Source: a virus
Lineage: Duplodnaviria > Caudoviricetes
Reading direction: 5' to 3' (one strand)
DNA length: 64,000 nucleotides
IMG/VR virus record: IMGVR_UViG_3300031753_000005
Coordinates: 36 to 64,035 of that record
In this document: piece by piece, positions 1 through 10,104 of the stretch
Layout: each line of letters starts with the position of its first letter
How positions within the stretch are numbered: position 1 is the first letter of the stretch
The notes under the pieces: model-generated
What the model saw: only the letters and a program-made list of their open reading frames with translations
The model's database searches: none
Told to the model about the DNA's origin: nothing
Made by a program: the position numbers and the translations under genes

Positions 1-219
1 GCGCTCGATCGCGATCTCGCCTGCGAGGATCTGTTTTTCCTCCTCGTCTACGTTCTCGGCCGCAAAGACATCAATGCCGATTGGATAACTCAAGCTCCGG
101 GCCTGCCGCGGATCAAGCGGAATCCGGATTGGCTCTTCGATCGGTGTCGGGAAATCGAGGCAGCGCCAAACGGCTACCTCGATCTGTGGGCCCGCGAGCA
201 CTACAAATCGACGCTGATC
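1..219. repeat. Terminal direct repeat, left copy (identical to 63782-64000 except one base)
   Basis: Direct comparison: 1-219 equals 63782-64000 apart from A92 vs C63873 (codon CAA vs CCA). Confidence 0.97.
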
Positions 220-1491
220 ACCTTCGGCCTCACGATAAGGGACATATTGCGTGACCCTGAAATTACCGTGGGGATATTTTCTTACTCTCGGCCGATTGCG
301 AAAGCATTTCTGCGGCAGATCAAGCTTGAGTTCGAGGGAAATATCCGGCTCAAAGAGCTGTTTCCCGATATCTTATGGGAGGAACCTCATCGAGACGCTC
401 CGAAATGGAGTGAGGATGATGGTATTACGGTCCGCCGCAAAGGGAACCCTAAAGAGGCGACGATAGAGGCCTGGGGACTCGTCGAGGCGCAGCCGACCTC
501 GAAGCACTACAGATTGATGGTTTACGACGACGTGGTGACGGAAGGCAGCGTCACCAATCCGGACATGATCGCGAAGGTCACGCGCTCCTGGGAGGTCAGC
601 CTCAATCTCACAGCGCAAGGCGGTGCGGTGCGGTACATCGGCACCCGCTGGCACTACGCGGACACCTATCGCGACATTCTGGAGCGGGGCACGGCGATCG
701 AGCGTCGGCACGCCATCACGCTCGACGGCACGGCGAACGGGGAGCCGGCTTTCTGGACGCGGGAGCAGGTCGCCAAGAAGCGCCAGGATCTGGGCCGCGC
801 GGTGTTCGCCGCGCAGATGCTGCTCGATCCCGCGGCCGAGGGCGCCCGCGATTTCGAGGAAGAGTGGCTACGCTATTACGAAGAGAGCGGCAGCTATGGG
901 GAGATGAATAAATATGTTCTCGTCGACCCAGCAAGTAGCAAAAAGAAACAATCCGACTATACTGCCATGGCTGTTATTGGCCTGGGCTCTGACAATAATT
1001 ATTACCTCCTTGATGCCATCCGTGATCGGTTATCTCTTACTGAACGTGGTGATGCTTTGTTTGCTCTGCATCGCCGATGGCGGCCGCTCTATGTAGGCTA
1101 TGAGAGCTACGGCATGCAGGCCGATGTCGAGTATTTTTACGAGAAGATGCGCGAGGACAATTACCGTTTCGAGATCACCAAGCTCGGCGGCACGCTGGCC
1201 AAGGTCGACCGGATCCGCCGCATGGTCCCGGTTTTCGAGGCCGGGCGCTTCTGGTTGCCCGATCATCTCGAAAAAATGGATTATAACGGTCATATGATCG
1301 ATCTGACGCGCGCTTTTGTCGATCAGGAATACAAAGCGTTTCCGGTGGCGCTCCACGACGATCTGTTCGATACGATCTCGCGGATCGAGGATCCGGAGAT
1401 AACCCTGGTGTGGCCCTTGCCCGCGCAGGAAGAAGACCGCTATGCGCGAAAGCGGGACAGGCGTCGGCGAGCGACGTGGATGGCGGCATGA
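1..1491 (+). CDS. terL: Terminase large subunit (3' part; gene starts at GTG 63707 across the circular junction)
   Basis: Frame is open from base 1. Walker A variant WAREHYKST, Walker B LMVYDD, coupling motif IGTRWH, nuclease motifs VLVDPA...SDYTA and C-terminal HDDLFD. Confidence 0.93.
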   Translation, partial: ALDRDLACEDLFFLLVYVLGRKDINADWITQAPGLPRIKRNPDWLFDRCREIEAAPNGYLDLWAREHYKSTLITFGLTIRDILRDPEITVGIFSYSRPIAKAFLRQIKLEFEGNIRLKELFPDILWEEPHRDAPKWSEDDGITVRRKGNPKEATIEAWGLVEAQPTSKHYRLMVYDDVVTEGSVTNPDMIAKVTRSWEVSLNLTAQGGAVRYIGTRWHYADTYRDILERGTAIERRHAITLDGTANGEPAFWTREQVAKKRQDLGRAVFAAQMLLDPAAEGARDFEEEWLRYYEESGSYGEMNKYVLVDPASSKKKQSDYTAMAVIGLGSDNNYYLLDAIRDRLSLTERGDALFALHRRWRPLYVGYESYGMQADVEYFYEKMREDNYRFEITKLGGTLAKVDRIRRMVPVFEAGRFWLPDHLEKMDYNGHMIDLTRAFVDQEYKAFPVALHDDLFDTISRIEDPEITLVWPLPAQEEDRYARKRDRRRRATWMAA

Positions 1492-1670
1492 CTCCGGAGG
1501 AGTTGATCCTCGAGGCTGAGAGGCGCGCCATTAAAGGGGGCCGCAGCGTCGACCTCCTAACGGCCATTTGGGCAATTGTTGTAGCAGCAGAAGGCGGTTT
1601 AGAAAAGAAAGCTCCGACCGATTGGCATAATTGCCCAATCTGTGGCCTGCATCACCAAGCACTTGATTAG
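1488..1670 (+). CDS. Small hypothetical protein with C-terminal CxxC
   Basis: ATGA overlap with terL stop; NCPICGLHH. Confidence 0.5.
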   Translation: MTPEELILEAERRAIKGGRSVDLLTAIWAIVVAAEGGLEKKAPTDWHNCPICGLHHQALD

Positions 1671-1679
1671 GTCCTGACC

Positions 1680-1931
1680 ATGCCAGCAGCCGATGATGCC
1701 GCCGAGATCTGGCCGCGCCTGATGCGGCTGCGGCGGATCTGTTTTCACAAGCTCGAGTTGCCCGTCCAACAGTGCTGGTGCTGGAAGGCTGGCCCTGACG
1801 GGCAGCATATCCCGTGCTGCGAGGCCAACGATCCCACGGGCTTTGACCTTTTGGGCAAACCGGGCGCCGCGACACCGAAACTTACGGAGCGTTGGTACAC
1901 GTTCAACCTCCCTGCGACAGAAGAAGACTGA
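1680..1931 (+). CDS. Hypothetical Cys-rich protein
   Basis: Tightly packed ORF in the operon. Confidence 0.5.
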   Translation: MPAADDAAEIWPRLMRLRRICFHKLELPVQQCWCWKAGPDGQHIPCCEANDPTGFDLLGKPGAATPKLTERWYTFNLPATEED

Positions 1932-1934
1932 CCG

Positions 1935-2132
1935 ATGAAACTGGAATCATGGCAAAGCAGCGAAGACAAGCATCGCTGGAAGATCGTGCGCCGCGACAAC
2001 TTCGTCGACGTGCCGGGCGAAATCGTCAGCGCTGACGACGCGACCGGCGAATGCAGCATGCAGAACAACGGCGAGACCAAGACGCTCAGCTTCGGGCCGA
2101 ACGGCATCCGCATCGTCGGGCGCGCGCGCTAG
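1935..2132 (+). CDS. Small beta-rich hypothetical protein
   Basis: Packed ORF with typical codon usage. Confidence 0.6.
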   Translation: MKLESWQSSEDKHRWKIVRRDNFVDVPGEIVSADDATGECSMQNNGETKTLSFGPNGIRIVGRAR

Positions 2133-2872
2133 CCTATTCGCTCCTCCAGATACCCCGCGACGTGGTAACGCTCACGCAGGCGCTGAAGGGCTCTATGGCT
2201 TCGCCACCGAGGCAGCACATCTTCCAGGCTGATGATACGGGCGAATTCCGCTCGGTAGCCTAATTCGTGCTCGACGACCTCGCCCCATAACGCCACTGCT
2301 CCCCAAGCGCTGCGGTTCGTTTCAAGCGCTTTGTGAAGCGCTCGGGAGCGCTCTTTGAATGCCCAGACGCCTGCGGCGCCGTAATCGGTAGGATTGCCGC
2401 TCATCGGCTCATTCGGAGCCCATGTGCGGTCGACGCTGAAACTCTTTAGGTATCCGCCGTCGATCCGCCAGATGCGCCAGCCGACGATTTCGCCGACGCT
2501 TATGCCGGCGTTTTGTAGAGGCTCTTTAGGATGGTGGGTAACGGGGACGGCGCCGAGGGCTCCAGCAATGCCCCCGAGACAGCCGCCGCCGCCGCCGCCT
2601 CCGGCGCCATAAGCATAAGCCTGGGCAAGCAGGGCTTGCTGCTGCATTTGAGCCGCTTGGGCTCCGAGTCCGAGATTTCCTCCTCCAAGGGAATTACCGA
2701 GTGCCTGCGGAAAGGGTGGCCAATTTCCATTTCCAAGACCTCCATAGCTAAAAGTTGCGCACCGGAGTGGGGCATCATACCCAGGAAGATGGCGCGTTCC
2801 GCACCATTGACACTGGGGTAATCCTGCGATTGAGGGCGCTGGTGGCGGTGGTGGTGGCGGCACGCGAAACAT
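2129..2872 (-). CDS. Antisense accessory protein: low-complexity N-terminus plus conserved phage domain (GWRIW...GVWAFK...LWGEVVEHELGYRA)
   Basis: 247-aa ORF converging on the upstream gene with a 4-nt overlap; the C-terminal motif pattern resembles phage hypothetical proteins. Confidence 0.6.
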   Translation of the reverse strand: MFRVPPPPPPPAPSIAGLPQCQWCGTRHLPGYDAPLRCATFSYGGLGNGNWPPFPQALGNSLGGGNLGLGAQAAQMQQQALLAQAYAYGAGGGGGGGCLGGIAGALGAVPVTHHPKEPLQNAGISVGEIVGWRIWRIDGGYLKSFSVDRTWAPNEPMSGNPTDYGAAGVWAFKERSRALHKALETNRSAWGAVALWGEVVEHELGYRAEFARIISLEDVLPRWRSHRALQRLRERYHVAGYLEERIG

Positions 2873-2892
2873 TTCGAAGGAGATTATACCCG

Positions 2893-3402
2893 ATGGCCTT
2901 TTTCAGCGCTATGCCCGGTGCGATGACGCAGCCGATGGGCGGTCCGTCGCTTGGCGGCAGCGCCGGCGGCAGCCCGAGCGCGTTCACCTCCCCCGGGATG
3001 GATCCGATGATGCTCGCCCAGCTTTTGCGTATGCAAGGCGGCGGGGCGGGTCAATCTGGCGGCCCTGGTTTGCCCCCGCCCCCGCAAATGCCGCAGCCGC
3101 CTTCACCGATGGGCGGCGGCGGGCCAGGCGGTGGTCCGGGCGCTCTTGCAGCTATGATGGGTGCGGGTGCGGGCGGTCAAGGCGGCCCAGGTGGCGGCCA
3201 AAACCCACTCATGCAAATGCTGCAACAACTGGGCGTAGGGCAAGGCGGGCAGATGGGCGCGATGGGCGGCGGGCCGGGCGGCCAGCAAGGGGGCTTGCTG
3301 CAACTATTGCAGCAGCTCGGGATTGGTGCCGGCGGAGGCGGAGGCCTCGCCAACAATGTCCCCTTCGCAAATATGATGAATAACGCGCCCAATACGCCAT
3401 AG
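2893..3402 (+). CDS. Gly/Met/Gln/Pro-rich protein, possible internal virion protein
   Basis: Low-complexity ORF at the start of the ejection-protein block. Confidence 0.55.
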   Translation: MAFFSAMPGAMTQPMGGPSLGGSAGGSPSAFTSPGMDPMMLAQLLRMQGGGAGQSGGPGLPPPPQMPQPPSPMGGGGPGGGPGALAAMMGAGAGGQGGPGGGQNPLMQMLQQLGVGQGGQMGAMGGGPGGQQGGLLQLLQQLGIGAGGGGGLANNVPFANMMNNAPNTP

Positions 3403-3818
3403 TGCCGCGCTGCTGCGACGTTCCGATCGACCATATTCCCTACGTCTGGCCGAAGATAGAGCCGTTCCTCGCCAAATCGCTCAAATTCGACGACTGCGCG
3501 CGGTATCAGGCGGTCGACGTCTTCGAGCTGCTCCTCCAGGGCGGATCACGGCGCCTCTGGATAGCCTTTGACACAGAACGCCAGGAATTCGACGGCGCAG
3601 CCGTAACGGAGATCATTCAGTCGCCGCGGTGCCGGGAATGCCGCGCGTGGCTCGTTGGCGGCAAGAATCTACGGCTCTGGCAGGACGAGATGCGCGCGAT
3701 GATCGAAGCATATGCTCAAGCCGAAGGCTGCCAATTTGTCACCGGATCTGGCCGCAGAGGCTGGACGCGCATGCCCGGTTATGAAAGCGCAGGGATTTTG
3801 TTTCAGAAGGCGCTCTAA
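3402..3818 (+). CDS. GNAT-like protein typically preceding podovirus ejection proteins
   Basis: LWIA...GAAVTEI...AEGCQFVTGSGRRGW pattern and genomic position. Confidence 0.65.
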   Translation: MPRCCDVPIDHIPYVWPKIEPFLAKSLKFDDCARYQAVDVFELLLQGGSRRLWIAFDTERQEFDGAAVTEIIQSPRCRECRAWLVGGKNLRLWQDEMRAMIEAYAQAEGCQFVTGSGRRGWTRMPGYESAGILFQKAL

Positions 3819-4054
3819 GTTCGCAATTTCGCGCAAAACGCATAGAAGTCTTCTGCGTCGTCTGGGATTTCGACTTTAACTCCGATGTGATCTAGCCATT
3901 GAGCGAAAGTCTGAACGCCAGTTTGCCATGACATGCACGGATCGCCGTTAGTGTAACGGTTCTGCGCGCAGTTATAGGCATGAAGAATACCTTCGCCGGC
4001 GCACATGGCGTCGGCTAGTTCTTCAAAGCTTTCGTAAATCTTCTTCATAAGCAC
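3815..4054 (-). CDS. Antisense small hypothetical protein (moron)
   Basis: Convergent 4-nt overlap; lower GC. Confidence 0.55.
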   Translation of the reverse strand: MLMKKIYESFEELADAMCAGEGILHAYNCAQNRYTNGDPCMSWQTGVQTFAQWLDHIGVKVEIPDDAEDFYAFCAKLRT

Positions 4055-4168
4055 CTCTTAGCATAGGGACGCATATTTCGGCAAGGCTGACGGGCCACGC
4101 GCGCCGCCACGTTGAATCGTGGCGACATTTGGTACTGCCTCAGCCTGTTACACGAGAGGAATTACAGG

Positions 4169-4390
4169 ATGAGTTCTAATGAGATTCCAGGGGCATTATC
4201 CGCTTGGCAAACGATAAAGAGGATTGCCGATCGGCTTGAATCGCCGCACGCCGATAAGATCTTCGTGGGCAAGGATTATACTAAGGCCGACTTGCGTCGC
4301 GATCTCTTAGCGACGATTCCGGATTCTGTTAAGTCGCACACGAATTATACTGAGACCGCTCTGCGGCGCTTTTTGGAAGCGACAGAGTAA
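4169..4390 (+). CDS. Small protein with SPHADKIFVGKDYTKADL module
   Basis: Module shared with 16318-16599; GAGG upstream. Confidence 0.6.
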   Translation: MSSNEIPGALSAWQTIKRIADRLESPHADKIFVGKDYTKADLRRDLLATIPDSVKSHTNYTETALRRFLEATE

Positions 4391-4911
4391 TGGGCGGCAA
4401 AGCTCCCGGCGGCGGTTATAGCGGCGGGATGTCAGGCGGCTATGGCGGCGGCGGAATGGCCGGAGGCGGCGGCCAGGGAGCTGCCCCATGGGCAGGCCAA
4501 ACACCCGGCGGCAGCCAGTTCCAGACATCATTTCAGCCAGGCGCGCAAAGTCCCGCGAGCTATTGGACGCCGCAGCGAATGGCCGGCGCCTCACCTGATG
4601 CTGGCGGGATGATGCAGCCGCCTCCGGCAACGATGCCCGGCCCTGGCGCAATGCCGCCCGGACTCGCCGGAATGCAGGCAGCCAATGCCGCAGACCCCAA
4701 CGCCTACCATAACCTATTAGCCGGGATTTTGACGCCGCAGAACACCGGAACATTCGATCAAATGGTGCAAATGCACGCTCAAAACCCGAACGCGTACCAT
4801 AATTATTTCAACGCATTGCTGGGCGGCGGTCTCGGAGGCGGCGGCGGTATGTACGGCGGCCTCGGGGGCGGTATGTATGGCGGCGCCAGAGGCGGTCCCA
4901 TCGGAGCATAG
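4390..4911 (+). CDS. Gly/Met-rich protein, possible small ejection protein
   Basis: MGGK start, internal NAYHN repeat, position in the block. Confidence 0.55.
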   Translation: MGGKAPGGGYSGGMSGGYGGGGMAGGGGQGAAPWAGQTPGGSQFQTSFQPGAQSPASYWTPQRMAGASPDAGGMMQPPPATMPGPGAMPPGLAGMQAANAADPNAYHNLLAGILTPQNTGTFDQMVQMHAQNPNAYHNYFNALLGGGLGGGGGMYGGLGGGMYGGARGGPIGA

Positions 4912-4915
4912 ATGC

Positions 4916-5140
4916 TCAACTAAGCGCCTTGGGTCTTTCTCCGCAGCTGGGGCAAGGGTTTTGATACCTGTCATGCGGGCAATGTAAGCCCCACCATTTG
5001 GCGCCGCACATTTGGCAGCGCCGATAATAATGCCAAGCAGTTTCTGGCATGTTCTCATCGGGACTTTCCGGATCTGCCTGAAATTCGCAATTGCATTCGG
5101 CGCCAGGGATGATCGTGTCGTCGATCGGAATGACAGTCAT
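4916..5140 (-). CDS. Antisense small Cys-rich (Zn-binding) protein
   Basis: CNC, CQMC and CPSC motifs. Confidence 0.55.
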   Translation of the reverse strand: MTVIPIDDTIIPGAECNCEFQADPESPDENMPETAWHYYRRCQMCGAKWWGLHCPHDRYQNPCPSCGERPKALS

Positions 5141-5172
5141 AGCCGCTTTCTGTAGCACATTTTGGTGGGATT

Positions 5173-7269
5173 TTGGGCTCAAAAAACACGCCGGCAGGAA
5201 ATACTACAACCACCACCAATTCAGCCCCGTGGGCAGCACAACAGCCTTATTTGCAGGACATCTTCGGATCGGCGCAATATCTCGCGAAGAATCAGCCGCC
5301 CCAGTATTATCCGGGCACTACCTACGCGCCGCAGACGGATCTGCAGTCGCAGGGCCTCGCGGATATGGCGAATTGGGGCTCCGCTCTCACGAATTACAAT
5401 CCGGCGAATTATTTCAGCAACAAGCTGCTAGAAGGCACATATCTCAATTCCAATCCGGCGTTATCGGGTCTGGGAAATCTGGGTGCAAGCAATCAAGGAG
5501 TGGGCGGTCAAGGCTATGGCATTCTCAATGGTCTGCAAGGAGGCCAGTCGTATCTGAACCAGCAGATTCCCTACAATTCGCTTCAGGCTTACGGAAATCA
5601 GAACGCCGGATATAACAATCCGGCCTTGGGGTCGCTCTCCAATACGGCGGGCGGCAATATCCCTGGCCTCGGTTACGCGATGGGGCAGCTTCCCGGAGAC
5701 ATCTCCGGCATCAACAACCAGATCGAGGGCGGCACATTAGGATATGCCCAAGGACAGCTGCCCGGCGATATCTCGGGCATCAACAGCCAGACCGAGAGCA
5801 TATTAGGCACTGCGTCGGACCCACTTCATAGCTTGGCCGGCGGCGGCGCTACGCCGACCGGAGCCCTCTCTCAGCTGTCGCAATATGGCGGCGGCGCATT
5901 CGGCACCGGCATCAGTGGCGCTCAGAAGCAATTGGGCAATATCGCGAACGCTGGCGTGCCCTTGGGTTATGGTGCCCTGCAAACATTGGGACAGTTTGCG
6001 GGGGGACCAAACATAGCGGGGACCGGACAGAGTGCCCAGACGCTGCGCAACTTTGCCTCCGGCGCGATGTCCGGTAATCCTGAAACCGGGGCTCTGGCGC
6101 AAAGTGTGCTTTCAAGCGTCCTGCCGAGCATTCAGAAACAGTTTATCGAAGGTGGCGGCCTCTCTTCCCCTGGTGCGGCTTATGCCTCCTCTCAGGGTGC
6201 GACGGCCGCTCTGGCACCGACGCTGTATCAGCAATGGCAGCAAGAACAGGCAAACCAACTGGCCGGCGCGCAATCGCTGGAAAGCGCCCGATTGCAAGGC
6301 AGGGGCCTTCAACAGCAGGCAGCGCAAGCGCAGGGTCAGCAAGCCGTTTCGTCTGCAAACGCCCGCACGCAAGCCGCAAATGCCGCTGGCAATCTTGGCA
6401 TCGGCAAAGCCGGACTCATGTCGCAAGCGGCCCAAGCCGGTGGTCAACTCGGCCTCAGTGCTGGCCAGTTAGAGCAACAGGCGGCACAGGGTCTAGGTAA
6501 TCTTGGCCTCAGCGCAACGGACCAGATCAGTCGGAATACGCTCGGCGGACTCGGCTTGATCGGCAACCTGGGACTCGGGCAAGCGGACCAGATCAGTCGG
6601 AATACGCTCGGTGGATTGGGCTTGCTGGGCAATCTGGGGCTGGGCCAAGCCGGCGCACAAACACAGGCCGGGTCGACACTAGGGTCGCAGATCCTGCAAG
6701 GACAAGGATTGACTCAAAACGCCGCGCAAGCCGCCTTGCAGGGTGCCCAGGGAAATGCTGACCAAGAGCTGAAAGCCGCGCTGGGCCTTCAGCAAGGGCA
6801 GCTCGGCGGCCTCGGTCTGCAACAGCAGGCGCTAGGCTCTCTCGGCAACATTTACGGCCAAGGAATGCAGAACATGCTGCAAGGCTTAGCGGTAGCTCCG
6901 CAGACTATGCAGTCGACCTTGCTCGGCCCGCAAGCAGAGTATCAAGCGGGACAGCAGCAACAGGGGCTGCAGCAGCAATCGATCAATGATGCAGTGCAGC
7001 GCTGGAATTATTGGCAGAGCTTGCCTTATCAGCAGCTGAATCAATATCTCGGCCAAGTCACCGGCAATTACGGCGGAACGACCAGCCTGAATCAGCCATT
7101 CTACCAGAATACCGGAGCGAACATCGGTGCCGGAATATTAGGGGGTCTCGGCGCGGCAAATACGATCGGCGGCTCAAGCGGGATCTTTCCGGGTGCAATA
7201 GCATCATTGTTCGGCGGCGGTGGCGGGGGACTCCTTAGTTGGGCTGACGCCATACCTTTCATTATATAA
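5173..7269 (+). CDS. DNA ejection / internal virion protein (Gly/Gln/Ala/Leu-rich)
   Basis: TTTTNSAPWAAQQPYL N-terminus and PYQQLNQY C-terminal motif typical of podovirus ejection proteins; internal repeats. Confidence 0.75.
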   Translation: MGSKNTPAGNTTTTTNSAPWAAQQPYLQDIFGSAQYLAKNQPPQYYPGTTYAPQTDLQSQGLADMANWGSALTNYNPANYFSNKLLEGTYLNSNPALSGLGNLGASNQGVGGQGYGILNGLQGGQSYLNQQIPYNSLQAYGNQNAGYNNPALGSLSNTAGGNIPGLGYAMGQLPGDISGINNQIEGGTLGYAQGQLPGDISGINSQTESILGTASDPLHSLAGGGATPTGALSQLSQYGGGAFGTGISGAQKQLGNIANAGVPLGYGALQTLGQFAGGPNIAGTGQSAQTLRNFASGAMSGNPETGALAQSVLSSVLPSIQKQFIEGGGLSSPGAAYASSQGATAALAPTLYQQWQQEQANQLAGAQSLESARLQGRGLQQQAAQAQGQQAVSSANARTQAANAAGNLGIGKAGLMSQAAQAGGQLGLSAGQLEQQAAQGLGNLGLSATDQISRNTLGGLGLIGNLGLGQADQISRNTLGGLGLLGNLGLGQAGAQTQAGSTLGSQILQGQGLTQNAAQAALQGAQGNADQELKAALGLQQGQLGGLGLQQQALGSLGNIYGQGMQNMLQGLAVAPQTMQSTLLGPQAEYQAGQQQQGLQQQSINDAVQRWNYWQSLPYQQLNQYLGQVTGNYGGTTSLNQPFYQNTGANIGAGILGGLGAANTIGGSSGIFPGAIASLFGGGGGGLLSWADAIPFII
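6516..6650 (+). repeat. 69-bp in-frame tandem duplication (DQISRNTLGGLGLxGNLGLGQA x2)
   Basis: ggaccagatcagtcggaatacgctcgg occurs twice, 69 bp apart; a second duplication (QLPGDISGIN) lies at ~5685-5795. Confidence 0.85.
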
Positions 7270-7284
7270 AAGGCTCCCTTTAAT

Positions 7285-7506
7285 ATGCGACAGCTGCCCT
7301 CAGTAGGCTCTCGCATGGAGACTGGTGCCGTGCGATTTGGCGACGATTGGCCTGGAATCTTTATCCGCGGCGATAGCGCGCTTGGGAACGCGAGCATTCT
7401 CAGGACACTCGTCGAACGCGTCGACTATAAGCCCGCCAAGATCTTTCTCACCGAATTGGCTGAACTTTTCGAATCTTGCCAGATCCCGCGATCAGGGGGC
7501 CGCTAA
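7285..7506 (+). CDS. Small conserved phage protein (RMETGAVRFGDDWPGIFIRGD)
   Basis: Recognisable recurrent phage motif. Confidence 0.65.
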   Translation: MRQLPSVGSRMETGAVRFGDDWPGIFIRGDSALGNASILRTLVERVDYKPAKIFLTELAELFESCQIPRSGGR

Positions 7507-7709
7507 TGTTATATGTGAGTTACTATTATAAATCGCCTGGCAGAAGCGGCTTTGCTTGTCTTGTTTCAGAGGAGAAAGAGCCGAGAAGTGGTGACAATGT
7601 CAGACGATTGCGCGACATCGCGATAAAAGACGCTTTTGGTTGGCCTCCTCCTCCAGAAAGCTCTGCCTGCGTGCTTTGGTGGAAAGATTTGAATGGCAGG
7701 CATGTTTGA
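7506..7709 (+). CDS. Small hypothetical protein
   Basis: TAATG overlap with the previous gene. Confidence 0.45.
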   Translation: MLYVSYYYKSPGRSGFACLVSEEKEPRSGDNVRRLRDIAIKDAFGWPPPPESSACVLWWKDLNGRHV

Positions 7710-10104
7710 CTCCAGCGCGGGGCTTGACCCGCTCTCGATGCTGCTGCTCGGCGGTGCCGCCGGTCTCGGCCAGGCGGGTGCCACATCGCGGCTGCCGATC
7801 TCCGGTGCGCAGGCCTGGGGCGGGTTGGGGGCCGGCTTGATGGCCGGGAACCAGGCGGCGAATCTAGCCCAATTACAGCAACAGCAGGCGAGTAGCGAAG
7901 CGCTTAAGAACGCGCTCGGGCTCGAGGCGGTAAGGCAGCAGCAGGCCGTAATGGGCCAGCCGATTCCGACAATGCAGGATATCCGCAGCGGGAAATATCA
8001 GGGCTTGGCTCCGCTCTTCGCCAAGATGTATGCCGACCAGCAACAGCGTCTGGCGGCGCCGACGATACCTACGCCCACCGCGCAACAGAATACGCCGAGT
8101 CCCACTCCGGATGCGCAGCCTGCAGATTTCTTGCCTCCGGTTTACGCGCCTGGCTCCGTTGCGGCAAAGAATATAGCGAACAACAATCCGGGGAACCTGA
8201 AGACCGCGGACGGTGGCTGGATGTCTTTTCCAGACATGCCCTCGGGGATCGAAGGCATCGGAAATTGGCTCGATAGAGCTCAGAACGTGCATGGGCTCAC
8301 CACGGTCCGACAACTCATCGACGACCCTGTGCACGGATACGCGCCGAGCGCCGATCCTGGGAACAAAGGCAAAATGCTCCCCGAGGTGGCGGCCAATCGG
8401 ATCGGAGTAGGGCCGGATGACACGGTCAATCTTTCCGATCCCATGATGCGCGAGAAAATGACTCGCGCGCTCCTGCAGCAAGAGCAGGGCGGCAACGCGC
8501 TTTCAAAAGGGCGGGGGATACAGCTTGCGCAAAATGTGCCACAGGGCCAGCAATCCCAGCCGCTAGGCACCAGCCAGCAGCCGCAACCCGATACTTCCAC
8601 GCCTTTTGATCGCCTGCAGGCGGTAATGTTTGAGCGCGCGCAGCGATCCGTCGCTGGATTGCCCCTCACGCCGACCGAGCAAATGCTGATGGCGGCGAAG
8701 CTCTATCCACAGGGGAGCTCCGAAAACAAGATTCTGATGGGGCAGGCGCTCAAGAATTCCGGCATCGAGCCCTTCAAGGGCGGCGAGCGCCCAAATGCGC
8801 CGCTGATGGAATACGATCCTCAAGGGGCAATGAACGGGCAACCATATCGTGTCGTGCAGCCGCCCGGCTATACTCAAGCCGTTAAAGAACGGGCCGAAGC
8901 AGATGCCAGGGGGCGGGCGACGGTGGAGTCGCAAACGGTCGTCGACCCGGACACCGGCACCCCGTTTGCGACGAGTCGTGCGAATGCCTTTGCGCCAGGA
9001 GCGCCCCCGATTCAGACGGGGCTCTCGCCGGGTGCTCATGCGTATGCTGAGGCAGGCGGCAAGGCTTTCTTCGAACCGCCAGTCGAGACATTTGGACCCG
9101 GAGGCGTCCCGCGGCAGGTGCCGCGACAAAATCTGCCCGGTGCGTTCGGCCCGATGGCAACCGGCTTGCCGGCTCAAGGATCGTCGGCTCCTATCACGCC
9201 TCCGGCTGCCACTACACAGCCAGCACAAGCCCCCGAAGCTGCGGCACCGGCATTCCAGATGAATACGCCTGCCGGTCCTAAGCCCGTAGGACAAGTCCAC
9301 GTCAACGATATGTTCCCCAATGGGACCGGGATTCCGCAAGAGCCGCAACCGCCACCCGGAACAGGCTTCGGGCCACCTACGGAATATCAAAAAGACGTTC
9401 AAAAAGACGACGCTACACGTGTCGAGCAATATAATAAGGAACAGTCTGCGGCGCAGAAGCAATACCAGGATTTATTGCATTTGCGCGAAGTGCTGAATAA
9501 TGGTTTCAATACGAGCCGTGCGGCGCGGATCGGCGCTGATTTCGCAAACCTCGCGCATGCCTTTGGTGCCGATTGGGCGTATCCGCGGGGATGGGCGCCG
9601 GCAAGCGCGGCAGAGTTTGATAAGGCGTCAACCGATCTTGTCTTTGCGGCTCTCAAGGCTCTTCCGGGGCAGCCTCGCGTGTCTGAAATCACCGGATTGC
9701 AGAAGGCCAATCCGAGCCTAGCGATCCCGCGTGAAACAAACTTCAATATGATGAACGATATTCTTGCGTCGAATAAGTGGCAAGACGAGCGCGCGCGATT
9801 GGCGACGGAATTCAAGGTCGCCAATCCAGGAACGCCGTTATCGGTATTTGATTCGGCTTATAACCGGATGGCACCTCTTGTCGACGTCACGAACGAATAC
9901 AAAGGAGTTATGCGCCAGCACGGCGCGGTCTTTCCTGAAGAGACACCAGCCGGCGGCGCTGTAGCGCCGGCACCGACTAACCGCGCCGCACTTCCAAAGA
10001 CAGCGACGGGCCCGAATGGCCATAAGCTCTATTTGCCGCCCGGTGGCAGTCAGTGGATTGATACGGTGACCGGGAAACCCTATGTAGCGCCACCGTCACG
10101 CTAA
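7693..10104 (+). CDS. Large DNA ejection protein with putative muralytic NNPGNL domain
   Basis: 803 aa; NNNPGNLK...F..GI...YAP..D motif found in virion peptidoglycan hydrolase domains. Confidence 0.75.
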   Translation: MAGMFDSSAGLDPLSMLLLGGAAGLGQAGATSRLPISGAQAWGGLGAGLMAGNQAANLAQLQQQQASSEALKNALGLEAVRQQQAVMGQPIPTMQDIRSGKYQGLAPLFAKMYADQQQRLAAPTIPTPTAQQNTPSPTPDAQPADFLPPVYAPGSVAAKNIANNNPGNLKTADGGWMSFPDMPSGIEGIGNWLDRAQNVHGLTTVRQLIDDPVHGYAPSADPGNKGKMLPEVAANRIGVGPDDTVNLSDPMMREKMTRALLQQEQGGNALSKGRGIQLAQNVPQGQQSQPLGTSQQPQPDTSTPFDRLQAVMFERAQRSVAGLPLTPTEQMLMAAKLYPQGSSENKILMGQALKNSGIEPFKGGERPNAPLMEYDPQGAMNGQPYRVVQPPGYTQAVKERAEADARGRATVESQTVVDPDTGTPFATSRANAFAPGAPPIQTGLSPGAHAYAEAGGKAFFEPPVETFGPGGVPRQVPRQNLPGAFGPMATGLPAQGSSAPITPPAATTQPAQAPEAAAPAFQMNTPAGPKPVGQVHVNDMFPNGTGIPQEPQPPPGTGFGPPTEYQKDVQKDDATRVEQYNKEQSAAQKQYQDLLHLREVLNNGFNTSRAARIGADFANLAHAFGADWAYPRGWAPASAAEFDKASTDLVFAALKALPGQPRVSEITGLQKANPSLAIPRETNFNMMNDILASNKWQDERARLATEFKVANPGTPLSVFDSAYNRMAPLVDVTNEYKGVMRQHGAVFPEETPAGGAVAPAPTNRAALPKTATGPNGHKLYLPPGGSQWIDTVTGKPYVAPPSR

